A DNA stretch of 64,000 bases from an uncultured bacterium (GTDB lineage Bacteria > Acidobacteriota > HRBIN11 > JAKEFK01): contig CAVZQN010000005.1 in the NCBI GenBank assembly GCA_963777505.1, forward strand, positions 81,321 through 145,320. Reading direction: 5' to 3'. How positions within the stretch are numbered: the first letter of the stretch is position 1; each line of letters begins with the position of its first letter. A program made the translations under genes and the position numbers. The notes below the pieces were generated by a model, which had not been told where the DNA came from, ran no database searches, and saw only the letters and a list, made by a program, of their open reading frames with translations. Positions 23,244 to 34,273 of this stretch are shown in pieces.

Positions 23244-24860
23244 CTAATTCGATGCAGGAGAGGTTGCGGACTTTTTAAGGTCTTGATATTTCGAGACTGA
23301 TTCCGATTTGCCCAGTAACTCGTAAAGAGCAATAAGTCGATTGAGTGTGCGTTGAGTTTGTTTATTTTGGTCGCCACGATTGGTTTTAAGAATTGAATAG
23401 CTTTTTAGCAAAAGACGCTCAGCTTCATCGTAACGATCCAGTGCAAACATGCACTCGCCGAGTGCGCTTTCTGCTTCGGCAGTTTGCCAGTGACCTTCCG
23501 GTAATTTATTCTGCCAAACGGATAGTGCTTCACGTAAGAATGGTTCTGCATTCACAGAATCGCCTTTGTCCAAAAGCAAGCAACCGAGCCCGTAAAGAGT
23601 TTGCCCAATAAATGTGTCTTCGGAAGGCTGTGCGCGATAAATCGCAAGAGCCTCGCGGTAGTAAGATTCCGCTTCAGAGTAATCCCGTTTTTCGGAAAGA
23701 ACATTTGCGAGGCTTGTCAGATCGTAGGCAACGTTCGGATGATTTTCGCCGCGTAATTTTCGATCGAGCTCCAGTGCTTTTCTTAACAGCGCTTCCGCGG
23801 AATCCAAATCACCTTTGTGACGCAATACGCGCGATAGATTCACCATCGTTGTTACGGCTGTCGGATGCTCACCGCCGTATAAAACATTTTCAATGGCCTG
23901 AGCCTCTCGATACAATTTTTCTGCGTCATCGTATTTTCCTGTGGTATCCAGGAGAATCGCAAAATTATTCATTGTGAAAGCAACCTGGGGATGATTTTGT
24001 CCGAATACTTGTTTGCGAATAGTCAGGGCCTCATGAAACAGTTTTTCTGCTTCATCATATTCAGCTTTTTCATATAAAACGGCGGCAAGATTATTCAAGC
24101 TTTCGCTTGTCTCCGCACTCTGCGGGTTCGTGAGTTTCTTTCGGATCGATAGTGCATCGCGATGAAGAGCCTCTGCCTCCTGATATTTTTTCTGGACAAA
24201 AAGCAACCATCCGAGATCGTTCTTGCTCAGGGCAACGTCCAGATGTTCTTTTCCAAGCAACTTTTGGCGAACTTCAATTAACTTGCGCATCATTCGCTCG
24301 GACTCTTCATAATTACCTTGTTCATAATGCAAATATGCAACGCTGTTGAGGCTTTCAACGACATCCAGATGTTCTTCGCCGTGAATCTTGCGGCGAATAT
24401 TTAACGATTTTTCCAAAAGCGGTTTCGCTTCGTTATACATTCCAAGACTTTTGTAAACATCACCGATTACATTCATCATTTTTGCTTGAACTTCCGGCTG
24501 GTTTGCCGTCTCTTTCTCAATTTTTGACGCACCTCGCTCCAACAATTCGCGGGCTGTAATGGTCTGTCCTCTTGATTCGCTGGGATCGGAAACTTGAAAT
24601 AGTTCGATCAAATATTTTGAAACTTGTTTGGCTTTTTCTGCTTCGATCTTCGCGCGGTCACGCTCATTCGATATCTGGCGAATATAAAACCCAAACAATC
24701 CTGCAATGACAAGAACAACAATCGCAATTGAAACAACGCCTGCAGTGGGACGGCTTACAAATTTGCGTGCGCGATATCCAACAGTAGATGGCCGCGCAAT
24801 TACTGGACGTCCTTCTAGATGGCGCCGGATATCATCAGACATTTGTTCCGGTGTCTGCAT
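23244..24860 (-). CDS. Membrane-anchored TPR (kinesin-light-chain-type) protein; kinase-less derivative of a Ser/Thr kinase-TPR protein
   Basis: Begins with a kinase C-tail (DDIRRHLEGRPVIARP), then a TM helix, F..SDP....G..ITARELL and many HxDVAxSLNNLA-type repeats. Confidence 0.85.
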   Translation of the reverse strand: MQTPEQMSDDIRRHLEGRPVIARPSTVGYRARKFVSRPTAGVVSIAIVVLVIAGLFGFYIRQISNERDRAKIEAEKAKQVSKYLIELFQVSDPSESRGQTITARELLERGASKIEKETANQPEVQAKMMNVIGDVYKSLGMYNEAKPLLEKSLNIRRKIHGEEHLDVVESLNSVAYLHYEQGNYEESERMMRKLIEVRQKLLGKEHLDVALSKNDLGWLLFVQKKYQEAEALHRDALSIRKKLTNPQSAETSESLNNLAAVLYEKAEYDEAEKLFHEALTIRKQVFGQNHPQVAFTMNNFAILLDTTGKYDDAEKLYREAQAIENVLYGGEHPTAVTTMVNLSRVLRHKGDLDSAEALLRKALELDRKLRGENHPNVAYDLTSLANVLSEKRDYSEAESYYREALAIYRAQPSEDTFIGQTLYGLGCLLLDKGDSVNAEPFLREALSVWQNKLPEGHWQTAEAESALGECMFALDRYDEAERLLLKSYSILKTNRGDQNKQTQRTLNRLIALYELLGKSESVSKYQDLKKSATSPASN

Positions 24861-24945
24861 CTATCTCCCATGATGTCTAAGATTGACCTACTATAAACTG
24901 ATCGGCATGCAAGAACAAATTACGGACAGAGAAGAATTTCGTGAC

Positions 24946-25488
24946 TTAGCGGGTGGATCGTGTTTGAGCTAGATGCAAAACGGCTCCAAGTCCGGCACCA
25001 AGACAAAGGCCGTAGATCACGCCCCAGAGCAACATTCCTGGCTTTCCTTGAACGGCGTTGTTAACAGCAGAGCCAGCAAAATATCCAATCGAGTTTGCGG
25101 CAAAAAGAATGACCGCGAACACGATCGTGGATTGCATGATGCGGAAACCGATAGCTAGAATCAAGGCCATTAAAATGGATCCGGCAATTGATCCGACCCA
25201 TTCACCGGCGGATCCTTTCAGAATAAAATATGCACAGATCCAACCTGCGGAATAAGCAAAAAAGGCCAGAACAAAAAGAAAATAGAAACGCATCCGGTGT
25301 TCCTGGTGAACAACAAGTCTGCCAAGAAGAAAGGCTCCCAGCGCAATGAATAGAATTGTCCAGGCAAAATATGCACCTATTACGGTGAGACTTTTGTACA
25401 TCCATGTTTCCGCGAATGCTACAGTTGCGAAAACGCAAAGACTTGTTAAGCCGAAACCTAGGGCGCCGCGAAGAATCGCTTGATTCAT
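24946..25488 (-). CDS. Hypothetical polytopic membrane protein
   Basis: About six Gly/Ala-rich hydrophobic segments; starts 4 nt after the spdH-like stop. Confidence 0.75.
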   Translation of the reverse strand: MNQAILRGALGFGLTSLCVFATVAFAETWMYKSLTVIGAYFAWTILFIALGAFLLGRLVVHQEHRMRFYFLFVLAFFAYSAGWICAYFILKGSAGEWVGSIAGSILMALILAIGFRIMQSTIVFAVILFAANSIGYFAGSAVNNAVQGKPGMLLWGVIYGLCLGAGLGAVLHLAQTRSTR

Positions 25489-25491
25489 AGT

Positions 25492-27469
25492 TCACCCTTT
25501 TTGCAGAATTTCGTTTACGGCGCGATAAGCTTGATCAATTGCAGCATCAGCATACGAATAGGCTGCAGCATCGGCGTTTGCGATTGCCAACCGTCCGAAT
25601 GGTTTTCGTGCACGTTCACAGGGCAATTCACTTCCATCCAACCAGAATGAATCGTATAAGGAATTGTATTGATACGCATAACCATGCGCCCAGCGATTGA
25701 CTGTAATTGCGCGAATATCTTTTGCCGCATCGAAACCTGAAGGGCTCAGCATTCGCGAAAGTTGTTCGCGAATTTTTAATTCGTACGTTTCGAATTTTGT
25801 AGTAAACATTTCGAGCCTTCCAGCCTGATGCTGCTGGCGCGCGGGCAAGCCTGGACTGCATGGCGTGCGCACCATATGAACGACCATCGGCTCTTCCGGT
25901 TGCGTTGAACATTTGTAATTTCCAATACTCACCGGCAAATCCAAGCTTACAAATGAATGATACGAACCGGGACAATAAACCATAGACGCGCCAGCCTTCA
26001 CAAAAGATTTCCAATTCGAAATCAAGACATTTGTATAAAGCAGCGGCACCTTTATACCGTATTCAAGAGCTTCTTGTTGCGGCTTCGGCAATTCAGGGCA
26101 AATATATGGAATTACTGCATTCCAGCACGCAAGAATACAATGCTTCGCTTTCACCTTTTGAAATTTCTTGTCTTTTACAAAAGCCACATCAACGGAGTTC
26201 GAAGAGGCTGGATCGCCATTATGTTTTACCTGAACAACAGTACTGTTTAGACGGATCCGAGTTGGTGAACTGGATTGATCAAGCTTTGAATAATTACAAT
26301 GCGCGGTGACGATGTCATCTATGGTTCCGCCGGGAAGCACCCCAGGGATTAAACGCCGGACTAGCAATCGTGCGACGCTTGCATTCCCATCCGGAAAATG
26401 GAAAAAGAATGCTTCGCCGGCTTCCGGATAATACATCGCATCAAAATTCATTCCTTTGCCAAAAGATTCATCCAAATCCAAGGCCATCAAATCCTGGCAA
26501 TCCAAGCCCCCATGCATCTTGAGCCGGTACAGCTTCAATCCCCACACCGAAAAGGCCATGAATCCGCGATTGAAAAAACTTCACAACATCCGTGTGCACT
26601 TTCACAACATTTGTTAAAAAATCTGCATAGCTCATGCGCGCGAGCCGATCTTTCTTTTTCGATGAAGATAGACCGGGCATGTAATCAACACTTTTTGTAT
26701 AGAGGCGTTCGAGATCGCGTTTGGCAACTTCGCTAATCGGTGCTTCTGCAAGAAAAGTTTTCCAGGTCTCAGGGTTGCTTGCTATTTCGTCACCGGTGTC
26801 GTCCCATAATCCCCTTAAAGGAAACTTCACAAGGCGGTCTGAACCGAAAGTTTCGCGGTCAAAAAAGACTGCAGGTTTCAGATTCAAAGAATTATAAATT
26901 TCACGTTTCAAAATTTTCGGCCAGCGTTTCATATCAATGCCGAGTTCTTGAATCAATCCTTTTGCAACGGAGCTGAAGGGAAGTGGACTATCAATAGAAA
27001 AAGAGCCGCCAAAACCGAGCATTGTACGGTTGTCAATTCGGAACTCATTCCGCTTTGCGTGTCCGCCAAAATCATCGTGATTATCCAAAAGGAGAATTCG
27101 TGCGTTATTTCCGATTTGTTTTCTATAGAAATATGCTGCGGAGAGTCCGCTGATTCCTGCACCAACAATCACCAGATCATATTCTTCGCCTGTTTCAGAA
27201 GGTGTTCCTGATTTTTTCCAAAATGAACCGTCACGCAATTCATGAGCTACTTCAAATGAACCAGCATGATTTCCGCGCATTCCGGTAAGAGCCGGAGGAT
27301 AGTATTCATCGATCTGTTCCGGTGTGAACTTTGAAGCTTTGTCCGATTCTTTTGAACAAGCAGGAAACAGGGAAGAGCCAACGGTTAAGGCAACGCCGTT
27401 GAGGAAATCGCGCCGTGTAATCCGGCGGTTCATTCCGAATTTTTCGGAATCACTCTTTTTGTTTTTCAT
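25492..27469 (-). CDS. spdH: Spermidine dehydrogenase-like FAD oxidoreductase with Tat signal; apparent 1-nt insertion near 26478
   Basis: ITRRDFLNGVA, YYPPALTGMRGNH, GAGISG, DNHDDFGGHAKRNEF, HFPDGNAS, ITVNRWAHGY and AIDQAYRAV. The two ORFs join as GFDGL/DLDESFGKG. Confidence 0.82.
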
Positions 27470-27568
27470 CGAAAATTATTGCGGAATTGTGTCGTTCCAG
27501 AGGCTTGGCCATTTTAGCATGAGCCATTCTTTGTGGAAATTGTGAGTCGCTATATATATGATGCGTTC

Positions 27569-30000
27569 TTAATCCACCGGAAGTTTCATTTTTTTCAGAA
27601 ACGCCGTCCACCGTGGATCACGCTCAAGGCTGCGCAGCAGCGGATCGCCTTTCATTTCGCTCAGGCCGCCGTCGCGTTGTTTGTAGGCGCGCTCGAGCCA
27701 CTCGAAGGCTTTGTCCGTTTCGCCACGGTAAGCGTAGATCTGAGCAATCTGGAATGCTGCACTCACTCTGAAATTTGTCAATGATACTCCGCCAGTGCAG
27801 CATCGGCTTCCTTCTTCTTTCCTGAGGCATGATAGGCAAGTGCAAGTCCTGTACGCGCGCCAGCGGGCTCCGGTTCTTTCTGGATCTCGGCAAGTGCTTC
27901 TTCTGATTTGGATTGCATCAAATAGAAGAGGCCCAGAGCACCTGTGCGTACCAGGAAATTGTGGGTTCAGCTCCAGAGCCTTCCGGAACGCTGCATCAGC
28001 TTCTTCCAATCGTCCGGCGGAATATGAAGTGATTACCCAGATTGCTGTATGTTGTGACTCGGAGCGGATCGAGCTGGATTGCACGGCGGTCGAGCGGGAT
28101 CGCCTCGTCGTAACGACCAAGCGTTGATGCAAGGGCAGCTGCGCCGCGGACGACATCCGTATTTCCTGGCTCAAGCTGCAATGCACGCTGGTAGGCTGCA
28201 TCAGCACCGGTCCAGTCCCAGTCGTAATTGCCCAGCTTAATCCATCCAATCTGTGCATAAGCCTCGGCCGAGGTTTGGATCCAGTTCCAGCGCCTTTTCT
28301 GCTTCCTTTCTGCGCTTTTGCAAGTAACCTTCGTCTACAGGCACGTAGCCAGAATCGGCCTGAGCGAAGTGTGCACCGTGGACAATCCCGACCCAGGCTG
28401 CGTGCATAATTCGGGTCGATCTGCAGCGCCTGCTCGAAGTAGTCCAGTCGCGTTTTCGAGATCTTTCTTGGTCGCGACGGTCGCGGAAGTAGCGTCCTTG
28501 CAGGTACGCGTTATAGGCTTCGGGATTTGTCTGCTGTGCTTTTGGATTCTGTCCGCCGTCCAGCGTTACTTTCAACGCTTCTGATACCGATCCAGCAATT
28601 TCATCTTGAACAGCAAAGATATTTTCCATCTGCCGGTCGTAAGTCTGCGACCACAGATGCGAGTCGGTTGATACTTCGATCAACTGCGCGGTAATTCGCA
28701 ACTGGTTTCCAGCCTTCCGAACACTCCCTTCTAATACATGCGTCACATTCAGTTCTTTGGCGATTTTTTTGATATTGACTTCTTTCCCTTTGAAAGAGAA
28801 GGCGGAGGTGCGCGAAGTAACTTGCAGTTTCGGATTTCTTGCAAGCACGTTTAGCAGTTCTTCGGTCAGTCCATCGGAAAAGTATTCTTGCTCTTTGTCC
28901 GCGCTCAAGTTGGTAAACGGCAGAACGGCAATGGCGGTCTTGCTGGTTGCTGCAACCGGCGCGGCCGTTTTCGGCTGTTCGCGTTTGAAGAGGAAGAATG
29001 CTACTGTGAATAGTACTACAACGATAGCAGCAATGCCGATCCATACTCCCATCTTTTTCGGAGGGCGGCCCTCCGTGGCCGCCGTTTCAATGGCGGGCAG
29101 GGACGCCTGCCTCCGTGCAGGGAGGGCCCGCACCACATTCGAAAACGATGTATCACGTTTCAATCGCTGCAAATCGGTGCGCATTTCTGCTGCACTTTGA
29201 TACCGCAGATTGCGATCCTTCTCCATTGCCTTTGCAATAATTTCTTCAAGCTTTGCAGGAACTTTCGGATTCAATCGCACAGGTGCAGCAGGCTCCTTAG
29301 TAAAGATTGCTTCCAGCGTTTCACCGGTGGTTTGACCGCCGAAGGGGAGTGCACCGGTTACCATCTCATAAAGCACTACACCAAATGAGAAAAGATCGGT
29401 GCGCGCATCCAAGTCTTTTCCGCGTGCTTGTTCGGGAGACATGTAAGCAACAGTCCCCATGGTCGATCCACTCTTGGTCAGTTGTTGCGGTTCACTGGCT
29501 GTTGGCATTTCAGTATCTGTTGATTCGATGCCGCTTTGTTTGGCCAAACCGAAATCGAGGACCTTTGCCTGTGCGCGTTCGGTAACGAAAATATTGGCTG
29601 GCTTTATGTCGCGATGAATGATCTTTTTCGCATGAGCTGCATCGAGTGCATCCGCAATCTGTGATCCCAGTTCCAGAACTTGATCGATGTCCATCGGCTT
29701 TTGATTGATCGTATGCTTGAGCGTCTTTCCTTCCATTAGCTCCATCGCGATAAACGGACGCCCTTCATGTTCACCGATTTCGTAGATCGTACAAATGTTT
29801 GGATGGTTGAGTGCCGATGCAGATTGCGCTTCGCGGCGGAACCGTTCCAGCGTTTCGGGAGTCTTTGCCAGATCCTCAGGCAGGAATTTGAGCGCCACAT
29901 GACGTTTGAGGTTAAGATCTTCCGCCTCATACACCACGCCCATTCCGCCACCACCGAGCTTATTTAAAATACGGTAATGAGAAACGCTTTCCCCGATCAC
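27569..30000 (-). pseudogene. Ser/Thr kinase, TM, TolB-like domain and TPR (copy 2); several frameshifts in the TPR part
   Basis: Near-identical to copy 1 in the kinase and TolB-like domains. TPR pieces alternate between frames over 27780-28490 and end ...FLKKMKLPVD, like copy 1. Confidence 0.8.
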
Positions 30001-30174
30001 ACTTCCCCGAATTTAGTTGCACATACTTTAACATCAAAATCATCAACTAGGAATGACAGAAGATTCTTAAACGTAACTCTTTTTGCGGTCATTACTATCG
30101 GGTTCAGCGCGCACAAGCATCGTTATTTGCCAGTGCGCGCATTCCCTAGAGACTAAAGGAGATTTATTTACGTA

Positions 30175-33100
30175 TCAGGCTGAAATCTTTTCAAATCGCG
30201 GGGTGCGATACCCTGAGTGTTGAATCAGGTGTTGCGCTATACCCATAAAATCTTCGCCATAACGTTCCTCAAGCTGGCGAGTGGATTCTTCCAGTTTTTC
30301 AAAATGTTCCATTTCGTTTTGTAGTTCAACAAGTTTCTGTAAACTAACGCGATACGCTTCGAGCGATTTTCTTGCGTTGCCTTGCACCATTTCCGCAAAC
30401 GGTTCGAATATTCCGAACTGATCTGCGACGTCTGCTGGGATGTGGTTATTACGCAGTTCAGCTAATCCTGCTTGATAATCGCCATGGACCATAGACTGGA
30501 ACAGTGGCTGTGCGGACGTCAGCATGCTCAACAACTGTTGCACGTCTGTTCCTGCGAATGCATTGAGTCCTGAAAAATTGTTCAAAGTTGAACGAAGATC
30601 TCCACTTGCAATCGCGTTCAAGAATCTAGATCCTGACCGTGTCAGATCATTCACCATCTGAAATTGCGGCGAGCCAAGGATCTGGTTTGCTGATGCTGAG
30701 ATTTGACCGACTGCTTGCGACAGACCGCCACCGCCGATTACTTGCAGGAATCCGTTTTCACCACGCAGTACATTTACGAGTTGCTGCGGATTGCCGCTCC
30801 CTAACGCTCCAATCAAATTTGATACCTGACCGAGCGAATTAATAAGACTTGCACCAGGTCCGGCGTTCAGCAATTCATGGCTTGTAAGTAAACTGCCAAC
30901 TGCTCTACCGTAGTCGCCCTTGCTCAAGGAATTAACAAATCCTAATCCGTCATTCACCCAACCTAAAGCCCGCGCAGCATCAGGATTATTGGCAATGAAC
31001 GGGGCCAGTTCATTGGAAACAATTCCAAGCGCCTTGCTTGCATCTCCACTTGCAATTGCATCGATGAATGGAGCAGCTTTTTGGCTGTACTGAGTAACTT
31101 GCTGAATGAGGGGGTTATTACCTAAGACAGGTCCTAAAACTCCGGTGGCGCCATTCACAATTCCTGTAACATCGCCACGGCTGATTCCATCTGCTAGGGC
31201 GAATGTTTTCTTTGCATATTCCATTACTGGACCGGAACCGACTCCTGCAAAACTACCGACCGCTCCTAGAACATTTCCATCTGCTACACTCGTTCCAATG
31301 CCGATAGCTGCTTGACCTACTTTACCAGCGGTAGTAAAAGCTGCTTTTGTTGCGCCACCAATTGCAGCACCCACACCGGGAAGTGCACTGGCCATGTTTG
31401 AAAACATTCCCAGTACGTCACCTTTCGCGGCTGACATGGCTGCTTTTACGCCGAAATAAATTCCACCAATCACATTCCCTACACCAGGAACACAAGCAAC
31501 AACTGCCATTGCTATATCAGCGATCGGTCCAAGAGATGCAATAAAATCCTCTGTGAAACTGGTTGGAACTGGATACATACTGCGAGCGGCTTCACTAACG
31601 TTACCCAAATGTTGAGTGAATGCACCGGTTGAATTCTCAAATTTCGCGATTCTTGCGCGCAATTCCTGAGCTTCCCGACTGTTCGGTCCTAATGTTCTTT
31701 CTATAGTGGCAAGCTGATGTTTGAGCGGACCGACAATGGCCTGACTGTGGCCATGCATTTGCTCGGCTCCTTTGCCATAAATGTGAGCCATCCGTTTTGT
31801 TACAAGTCCACTCATTTCTTGTTCTGTAAGGCCATACTTAACCCGAAGTGAATCCATTTTCTGAGTCATATACTTTTCTCGGGCTTCCTTTAGATCAAGG
31901 TCATTTTGCTGTGCATATTCCTGGACCTTCTGTTCGAAATCAGGAGCGCTTGCGATTCTGTTTGCTTCAGCTGTTAATTCAGTGAAATCCATCTTCGGAT
32001 GACCCTTGAGTTCACGATCACGCTGAATGAGTGCAAGCTCATTTTCGGCCTGTGGATCCTCATCAAGAGCGTACATATCCTTCGCCATGTCTTTTTTAAC
32101 TTTGCCCGCTGCTTGATTGCCTGCCTGCTGGAGTGGATCATTGGCGTCATTTGGATCCATCTTGTATTCCGGACCCACTGCATCAACTTCGTTCTCCGTC
32201 GGATTGCGGGTAGCGGTATATTCTGCATGCTTTTTTGGATCCGCTAATATGTTCTCGTGTTGCTTGGCAAGCGCTGGATCATCGGCTAATTCGGTTCGTC
32301 CCCATCCCCCCATTAGCTTATTGATTTTTTCTTTGCTTTCATCATCATCCATGTCATTGAGAATTTCTTTTCCGCCAACCAGATTCACAAGCTCATCAAA
32401 CTCTGCCTTATCTTTGCAGCTTAACAGGATTCTTTTAATCGCAGCATCCTGATGATCTTTTGTATAACCACGCTGAAGTTCTTTGATTAACTTTGCCTTC
32501 TCGCCTGGTGTTGCAACTTTCATAGCGTCTTTGTCTTCCGATAGTTTGACCGCAAGATCGGAATCTTCATACATTGCCGCACGCCCAAATGCTTCGCGAT
32601 ATTCTTTTACTTTTTCAGGCGGCAAACCATAACCTAGTTTGGGCATATCAAAACGCTTTGCCACTGCCTCGAGCCGTTTTAATAGTTCAGGATCTTTGAC
32701 CTGGTGTTTCAGATCCAGGCCGCCGAGTTCAGTTGCCAGTTCTCTAGCCTCTTCGGGTGTTTCGCACTTTTCTAACATCTCGATAGCTTTAGTTGCTGAT
32801 TCTTTTTCTGTATTAATCCACTTGCTTTCAGCTTCTTTGAACCATTGCTTTGCCTGATCTTCTTCAAGTTCGTCGAAAACTAAATGGCCTCCTGCAAGTT
32901 CCGTAACTTTGTTCCATTCGGCTTTGGAATTTACGCTAGCGCAAATTCTTGCGATAGAGCAGTCTTGACTTCCATCGGTATCTCCATCCATCAGTTGCTT
33001 GATGAGCTTCGCTTTTTGTTCAGGAGATAGTTTTTTTAGCATTTCAGGGTCATTAGAAATCCTTTCGGCTTCTTCGTCATCGGCACAGGCAATTCTGTCA

Positions 33101-33951
33101 TCAATCTTTTTTTGATCTTCTGCGGAAACCTTGGGCTTCTTTGATTCGTCAATTTTTCCGCCAGCAAGGCCGCCTGAATCTTTAAGCTTTTTCGCTTCTT
33201 CCATACGTTTTTGATGTGCAGCCGGATCTCCAGAACCAAACTCTGTTACCTTTTCGCCTTCAGAAAGCTCACCGGATTCCGGATCTAATTCACTTTTTTC
33301 TGTTTTTGTAGATGTCGATTTTTTTGGATTAAATGCATCGGGCGAATATCCAAGAGGCATTTGGCCGGGTCGTCCTTGTAATGCAGAGAGCATCATTGCA
33401 AATTGTCTAAGGATTTCACCCATTGGATCTCCTGACTCGGCTTGATTGCCAGCCGGCTGCGCAATCTTTTCAGAAATCGTTTCGTGAAGGGTGGTCTCTG
33501 CCTGATCACCTGCATCTAACAGATCAAACGCAGCACGTGTATCCATTTCAGGTGGTAATGACAAGTTTTGAGCTTGAGAAAGAATCATGTCTAGTTGTTG
33601 AAAGGCTTCCAACATCGGATCAGACTCTGGTAAACCTTGTAGATGCTGCTCAAGATTGCGGATTTGTCTGCTAAGTTCGGAGAGCGGCACCTGGCTCTCT
33701 TGAACTACCGCTTTCTTTGATGCGGTTGTGTCCATTTTCAAAAACTGATTTTGTAAAATTTGAGCGGTCAGAGTTTCTATTGCTCTGATCTGTTGTCTTT
33801 CAGTTCGAATTCCCTGTTCCGTTTGTGGCTGATGAGACGTCTCGCTATGAATCAGCGCTTCGTCTTCTGATAGTTGATCAACAGAAGCTTGATCCAGTTT
33901 TTCCGCTAAGATTTGCGCAAGTTGTTGATTGTTGTTTGTGCTGCGAATCAT
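30175..33951 (-). CDS. Large hypothetical protein (1258 aa) with two annexin-like repeats and a Gly-rich hydrophobic C-terminal half
   Basis: Long ORF with RBS AAGGAG; internal duplication KAKLIKQLMDGDT..QDCSIARI / KAKLIKELQRGYT..QDAAIKRI. Confidence 0.85.
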   Translation of the reverse strand: MIRSTNNNQQLAQILAEKLDQASVDQLSEDEALIHSETSHQPQTEQGIRTERQQIRAIETLTAQILQNQFLKMDTTASKKAVVQESQVPLSELSRQIRNLEQHLQGLPESDPMLEAFQQLDMILSQAQNLSLPPEMDTRAAFDLLDAGDQAETTLHETISEKIAQPAGNQAESGDPMGEILRQFAMMLSALQGRPGQMPLGYSPDAFNPKKSTSTKTEKSELDPESGELSEGEKVTEFGSGDPAAHQKRMEEAKKLKDSGGLAGGKIDESKKPKVSAEDQKKIDDRIACADDEEAERISNDPEMLKKLSPEQKAKLIKQLMDGDTDGSQDCSIARICASVNSKAEWNKVTELAGGHLVFDELEEDQAKQWFKEAESKWINTEKESATKAIEMLEKCETPEEARELATELGGLDLKHQVKDPELLKRLEAVAKRFDMPKLGYGLPPEKVKEYREAFGRAAMYEDSDLAVKLSEDKDAMKVATPGEKAKLIKELQRGYTKDHQDAAIKRILLSCKDKAEFDELVNLVGGKEILNDMDDDESKEKINKLMGGWGRTELADDPALAKQHENILADPKKHAEYTATRNPTENEVDAVGPEYKMDPNDANDPLQQAGNQAAGKVKKDMAKDMYALDEDPQAENELALIQRDRELKGHPKMDFTELTAEANRIASAPDFEQKVQEYAQQNDLDLKEAREKYMTQKMDSLRVKYGLTEQEMSGLVTKRMAHIYGKGAEQMHGHSQAIVGPLKHQLATIERTLGPNSREAQELRARIAKFENSTGAFTQHLGNVSEAARSMYPVPTSFTEDFIASLGPIADIAMAVVACVPGVGNVIGGIYFGVKAAMSAAKGDVLGMFSNMASALPGVGAAIGGATKAAFTTAGKVGQAAIGIGTSVADGNVLGAVGSFAGVGSGPVMEYAKKTFALADGISRGDVTGIVNGATGVLGPVLGNNPLIQQVTQYSQKAAPFIDAIASGDASKALGIVSNELAPFIANNPDAARALGWVNDGLGFVNSLSKGDYGRAVGSLLTSHELLNAGPGASLINSLGQVSNLIGALGSGNPQQLVNVLRGENGFLQVIGGGGLSQAVGQISASANQILGSPQFQMVNDLTRSGSRFLNAIASGDLRSTLNNFSGLNAFAGTDVQQLLSMLTSAQPLFQSMVHGDYQAGLAELRNNHIPADVADQFGIFEPFAEMVQGNARKSLEAYRVSLQKLVELQNEMEHFEKLEESTRQLEERYGEDFMGIAQHLIQHSGYRTPRFEKISA

Positions 33952-34035
33952 AATTCTTTCTCCTTACTCAGGAACCTTAGTTCCAATTATTTTTTGACTA
34001 GCACTTTTCAATTTCTGTGCCTCACATTCCCCTTA

Positions 34036-34051
34036 AGCAATCGCCATACCA
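34036..34051 (-). promoter_or_regulatory. sigma54 (-24/-12) promoter for the 1258-aa gene
   Basis: Minus strand reads TGGTATGGCGATTGCT (GG-N10-GC), 85 nt before the ATG. Confidence 0.6.
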
Positions 34052-34137
34052 TGCTTGGAATTGTGCCAACACGAGGATGCTACTGATGAAGCCACTGGAA
34101 TGGTTCAAAGTCTTTTTAGCGGAAACGCTAAAATGTT

Positions 34138-34151
34138 TGGCAATTTTGCCA
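34138..34151. promoter_or_regulatory. Palindromic putative enhancer site between divergent sigma54 promoters
   Basis: TGGCAA-TT-TTGCCA lies about 90-110 bp from each -24 element. Confidence 0.45.
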
Positions 34152-34257
34152 CTCTAAGCTGAGTCCTGCTGAAAAAAATCTTCTTCTAACTTCAAGAAAA
34201 ATTTACATGCTCTCAATAACTTAAAATCGTCCTGCCAAATTCATGTTGAATACCGTC

Positions 34258-34273
34258 TGGCATGCTGTTTGCT
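34258..34273 (+). promoter_or_regulatory. sigma54 (-24/-12) promoter
   Basis: TGGCATGCTGTTTGCT is near-consensus and lies 44 nt before the ATG at 34318. Confidence 0.75.

Noticed and set aside
30106-30140. GCGCGCAC...GTGCGCGC inverted repeat as a terminator or mobile-element end
   Set aside because: Large loop, no adjacent T-tract and no second copy seen, so a function cannot be supported.
34052-34068. TGGCACAATTCCAAGCA on the minus strand as a further sigma54 promoter
   Set aside because: The GG-to-GC spacing is 11 nt rather than the required 10.
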